Assembly (NCBI GenBank): GCA_036259535.1
Contig: DATABO010000065.1
Span: 13,624-77,623 of the forward strand
Length of the DNA stretch: 64,000 nt
Source: Thermoleophilaceae bacterium
GTDB lineage: Bacteria > Actinomycetota > Thermoleophilia > Solirubrobacterales > Thermoleophilaceae
Direction of reading: 5' to 3'
Both the position numbers and the translations under genes were made by a program. Shown piece after piece: positions 60,619 to 64,000 of the stretch (position 1 is its first letter; each line of letters opens with the position of its first letter). The notes beneath the pieces were generated by a model, which had not been told where the DNA came from, made no database searches, and saw only the letters and a list, made by a program, of their open reading frames with translations.

Positions 60619-61371
60619 CTAGTTGGCCAGGACCCGCTCGAGAACCTCGGCGTCCACGTCGAAGTTGGCGTGGACGGCCTGGACGTCGTCGCTCTCCTCG
60701 AGCACGTCGAGCAGCCGCATCAGGGTGGCGGCCTGGCTCTCGTCCACCTCGACCCGGTTCGTCGGCCGCATCACCTGCTCCGCCGACTGGATCTCGACGC
60801 CTGCCTGCTCGAGCGCGCCGCGGACGGCGGCGAGGTCGGTCGGCCCGGTGACGACCTCGAGCACGTCGCCGTCCTCGGTGACGTCCTCGGCCCCGGCGTC
60901 GACAGCCGCCATCAGGTCGTCCTCGTCGTAGCGGGCGGCGTCGACGACGATCTGCCCCTTCTTCTCGAAGATCCACGCGACCGACCCGGGCTCGCCGAGG
61001 TTGCCGCCGTGCTTGGAGAAGGCGTGGCGGACGTCGGAGCTCGTGCGGTTGCGGTTGTCGGTCAGAGCCTCTACCAGCACCGCGACGCCGCCGGGGCCGT
61101 AGCCCTCGTAGGTGACCGTCTCGAACGCCTCGGCGTCCTGGTCGGCGCCGCTGCCCTTGGCGACCGCCCGCTCGATGTTGTCCTTGGGCATGCTCGCGTC
61201 CTTGGCCTTCTGGATCGCGAGCGCGAGCGCCGGGTTTCCGTCGGGGTCACCCCCGCCCTCACGCGCGGCGACCGTGATCGCCCGCGTCAGCTTCGTGAAG
61301 AGCGCGCCCCGCTTGGCGTCGGTCGCCTTCTTCTTGTGCTTGATCGACGCCCATTTGGAGTGACCGGCCAT
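60619..61371 (-). CDS. YebC/PmpR-family DNA-binding transcriptional regulator
   Basis: MAGHSKWASIKHKKKATDAKRG is the hallmark N-terminus. 250 aa. Confidence 0.95.
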   Translation of the reverse strand: MAGHSKWASIKHKKKATDAKRGALFTKLTRAITVAAREGGGDPDGNPALALAIQKAKDASMPKDNIERAVAKGSGADQDAEAFETVTYEGYGPGGVAVLVEALTDNRNRTSSDVRHAFSKHGGNLGEPGSVAWIFEKKGQIVVDAARYDEDDLMAAVDAGAEDVTEDGDVLEVVTGPTDLAAVRGALEQAGVEIQSAEQVMRPTNRVEVDESQAATLMRLLDVLEESDDVQAVHANFDVDAEVLERVLAN

Positions 61372-61447
61372 GGGGATGGGATTCTAGTGGCGGGTCTTGC
61401 CGCACCCCCTGCCCTCGGGTGCCTTCTCCTTGGCCGGTCCGCGGTTC

Positions 61448-62551
61448 TCAAACGACGAAGCGGCCGTCGCGTTGGAGCTCCGTGCCGTCGACGACGATCG
61501 AGCCGCCCTGGCGGAGATCGCAGATCATGTCCCAGTGGACGGCCGACTCGTTCGTGCCGCCCGACTCCGGATAGGCGGCGCCGATCGCCATGTGGACTGT
61601 GCCGCCGATCTTCTCGTCGAGCAGAATCTCCTTGGTGCCGGCGGTGATCCCGTAGTTGGTGCCGATGCCGAGCTCGCCGAGCGTGCGCGAGCCCTCGTCG
61701 GTGTCGAGCACCTCGATCAGGAAGTCCTCGCCCCGCTCGGCGGACGCGTCGACGACCTTGCCGCCCTCGAAGCGGAAGCGGACCCCGGAGACCTCGCGGC
61801 CGCCGTAGGAGGCCGGCAGCGAGAACGCGATCTCACCGTTGACGGAGTCCTCGACCGGGCCGGTGAAGAACTCGCCGTCGGGCATGTTGTGGGTCCCGAC
61901 GCAGGGGATCCAGTGGCGGCCGGCGACGCCGAGCGTGATGTCGGTGCCGGGCCCGGTGATGTGGACCTCCTCGCGTCCCTCGATCCAGTCGGCGAGCCGC
62001 AGGACCTCGTCGGACTGGCGCTGCCAGGCGGTGACCGGGTCTGGGTCGGTCGCCAGGCAGGCGTCGTAGAAGAACTGCTCGTAGGCGGACAGCGACATCC
62101 CGGCCTCGCCGGCGTAGGCGTGGGTCGGGAACAGCGTCAGCGACCAGCGGTGCTCGCCCTCGGCTGCGCGCCGCATCGAGGTCTCCATGATCTTGCGCCG
62201 CGCCCGCTGCGCGCGGGCCTGCTTGGCGGGGTCGACGCCCGAGAGCGCGCGCGGGTTGGCGTCGGCCATGACGACGATCCGAACGTCGGAGTGCTCGGCG
62301 GTCCACTCGGCCGGCGGCTGGACCCAGTCGAGCTGCTCGTCGCCGGCGAGCTCGAAGAACGCCGCCTGCGCCTGCTCGGTGGTCAGCTGCATGACCGGCA
62401 ACCCGCCGGCGCGCAGGACCTCCTCGTAGACGGCCTGGATCAGCGGCTCGCCGGTCGTCGTCCCCTGGATGACGCAGACGTCGCCCTTCCGCACCTTCGT
62501 CGAGTAGCGGACGAGGATCTGCGCAAGCGCCTCGACGCGTGAGTCCTTCAC
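61448..62551 (-). CDS. M29-family aminopeptidase (AmpS/PepS-like, 367 aa)
   Basis: [24 protein letters not shown]... and C-terminal HMAIGAAYPESGGTNESAVHWDMI are typical of M29. The GTG at 62551 overlaps the pdxT stop. The track ORF to 62893 is over-extended. Confidence 0.88.
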   Translation of the reverse strand: MKDSRVEALAQILVRYSTKVRKGDVCVIQGTTTGEPLIQAVYEEVLRAGGLPVMQLTTEQAQAAFFELAGDEQLDWVQPPAEWTAEHSDVRIVVMADANPRALSGVDPAKQARAQRARRKIMETSMRRAAEGEHRWSLTLFPTHAYAGEAGMSLSAYEQFFYDACLATDPDPVTAWQRQSDEVLRLADWIEGREEVHITGPGTDITLGVAGRHWIPCVGTHNMPDGEFFTGPVEDSVNGEIAFSLPASYGGREVSGVRFRFEGGKVVDASAERGEDFLIEVLDTDEGSRTLGELGIGTNYGITAGTKEILLDEKIGGTVHMAIGAAYPESGGTNESAVHWDMICDLRQGGSIVVDGTELQRDGRFVV

Positions 62552-63135
62552 TGGGCTTCTCCTCCGGTCGGGGTGGCGATCTCTGCGATACGAGCTAGCA
62601 GCCACTCGTGCAGGCGGGTCTCGCCGTTGAGCTCGGGATGGAAGGAGACGGCGAGCACCTCGCCCTGGCGGACGGCGACGGGATGGCCGTCGACGGCCGC
62701 CAGCACCTCCACGTCGTCGCCGACCTCGCGCGCCCACGGCGCACGGATGAAGATCGCCTCGACGTCGTCGCCGACGCCGGCGAGGTCGAGCTGCGCCTCG
62801 AAGCTGTGGACCTGGCGGCCGAAGGCGTTGCGCTCGGTCGCGACGTCGAGCACTCCGAGGTGGTCGCGGTCGAGCATGATCATGCCGGCGCACGTGCCGA
62901 GCACGGGGGCGCCGCCGGCGGCCAGCTCGCGCAGCGGCTCGGCGAGCTGCTCGCGCTCGATTCCGAGCGTCATCGTCGTCGACTCGCCGCCTGGGATCAC
63001 CAGGCCGTCGACGCCGTCGAGGTCGGCCGGCGTGCGCACCTCGCGGACGTTCGCGCCGAGTCCCTCGAGCACCTTGCGGTGTGCCTCGAAGTCGCCCTGC
63101 AGCGCCAGTACGCCGACCGTCCGGGCGGTCACCAA
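62548..63135 (-). CDS. pdxT: Pyridoxal 5'-phosphate synthase glutaminase subunit PdxT
   Basis: 195 aa with the motifs [15 protein letters not shown] and GTCAGMI. Confidence 0.95.
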   Translation of the reverse strand: MVTARTVGVLALQGDFEAHRKVLEGLGANVREVRTPADLDGVDGLVIPGGESTTMTLGIEREQLAEPLRELAAGGAPVLGTCAGMIMLDRDHLGVLDVATERNAFGRQVHSFEAQLDLAGVGDDVEAIFIRAPWAREVGDDVEVLAAVDGHPVAVRQGEVLAVSFHPELNGETRLHEWLLARIAEIATPTGGEAQ

Positions 63136-64000
63136 CCGCGCTCTTGCAGCAGGCCGCCCTGCTCGGCGATCGCGTCCATGCCGATGCCGGTCATCGGCGC
63201 GCCGAGGTCGCGCGACGCGGCGGCGATCCGCTCGGCGTCCTCGAAGTGCGTGGTCGCCTCGACGACCGCGACGGCGGTGCGCTCGGGGTCCTCGGACTTG
63301 AAGATCCCCGACCCGACGAAGACGCCCTTCGCGCCGAGCCGCATCATCAGCGCGGCGTCGGCCGGAGTCGCGACGCCACCGGCGGAGAACATCACGACCG
63401 GCAGCCGGCCCGCCTCGGCCACGTCCCGGACGAGCGGCAGCGGCGCCTGGAGCTCCTTGGCGGCGGTCGGCAGCTCGGCGGCGTCGAGCGCGCCGAGGCG
63501 GCGGATGTCACCGCCGATCTGACGCATGTGGCGGACCGCCTCGACGACGTTGCCGGTACCGGCCTCGCCCTTGCTGCGGATCATCGCGGCGCCCTCGGCG
63601 ATCCGCCGCAGCGCCTCGCCGAGGTTCGTCGCGCCGCAGACGAAGGGCACCTTGAAGCCCCACTTGTCGATGTGGTTGGCCTCGTCGGCCGGCGTCAGGA
63701 CCTCGGACTCGTCGACGTAGTCGACCTCGAGCGCCTGCAGCACCTCCGCCTCGACGAAGTGGCCGATGCGCGCCTTGGCCATCACGGGGATGGTGACCGC
63801 CGCCTGGATCGCCTCGATCATCGTCGGATCGGACATCCGGGCGACGCCGCCGGCCACGCGGATGTCGGCCGGGACGCGCTCGAGCGCCATCACCGCGGCG
63901 GCGCCCGCGGACTCCGCGATCCGCGCCTGCTCGGCGGTCACGACGTCCATGATCACGCCGCCCTTGAGCATCTCGGCCAGGCCGGTCTTGACCGCGAAGG
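63129..64000 (-). CDS. pdxS: Pyridoxal 5'-phosphate synthase lyase subunit PdxS (5' end beyond the window)
   Basis: ..[40 protein letters not shown]. The reading frame stays open to the window edge (..[10 protein letters not shown]), so the true start is past 64000. Confidence 0.95.
   Translation of the reverse strand, partial: FAVKTGLAEMLKGGVIMDVVTAEQARIAESAGAAAVMALERVPADIRVAGGVARMSDPTMIEAIQAAVTIPVMAKARIGHFVEAEVLQALEVDYVDESEVLTPADEANHIDKWGFKVPFVCGATNLGEALRRIAEGAAMIRSKGEAGTGNVVEAVRHMRQIGGDIRRLGALDAAELPTAAKELQAPLPLVRDVAEAGRLPVVMFSAGGVATPADAALMMRLGAKGVFVGSGIFKSEDPERTAVAVVEATTHFEDAERIAAASRDLGAPMTGIGMDAIAEQGGLLQERGW

Noticed and set aside
1-64000. CRISPR arrays, rRNA genes, IS elements/transposases, retron or DGR-like reverse transcriptases.
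   Set aside because: I found no regularly spaced direct repeats, no rRNA-like sequence, no DDE/transposase-like ORF and no RT motif (YxDD) in any plausible ORF. The only recombinase is the tyrosine integrase.

Overview
Very GC-rich, densely coding chromosomal segment with Actinomycetota-type gene order: rimP-nusA-infB-rbfA, mihF-gmk-rpoZ-coaBC, pyrR-pyrB-pyrC-carA-carB-pyrK-pyrD, ruvCAB, secDF, recJ, relA, pdxST. Many ORFs in the supplied track are antisense or out-of-frame artefacts of the GC bias, or carry spurious N-terminal extensions. I reset starts where a Shine-Dalgarno sequence or an ATGA/GTGA stop-start overlap supports it. The track prints M for GTG and TTG starts. The main feature is a 19.6-kb insertion (18632-38230) that splits a tRNA-Arg(CCG) gene inside its anticodon loop. 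The 5' half (18594-18631) and the 3' half (38231-38273) re-join into a perfect cloverleaf. The insertion opens with xis and a tyrosine integrase and carries a MobF/TrwC relaxase-helicase but no coupling protein or mating-pore genes, so it looks like an integrative mobilizable element. Its cargo includes a plasmid leading-region-like gene set (ParB-like, DUF2958), a GNAT/DUF1778 toxin-antitoxin pair, an orphan OmpR-type regulator, an HNH-type nuclease protein and a CorA-like membrane protein with GANV in place of GMN. It also holds a third tRNA 5'-half copy (35007) beside a truncated oxidoreductase gene. Near its right end it carries its own intact tRNA-Arg(CCG) allele (37967-38039), which could compensate for the broken host gene. 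Outside the island I see five further items. A clear SAM-I riboswitch precedes a threonine-synthase-like plus ThiS/MoaD-like (GG-terminal) pair. A canonical intrinsic terminator lies in the rimP-nusA leader. A candidate PyrR-binding loop lies ahead of pyrR. A conserved structured leader precedes two DUF2294 paralogues. An M14-peptidase/amidase gene has an apparent frameshift. I saw no rRNA, CRISPR array or IS transposase.
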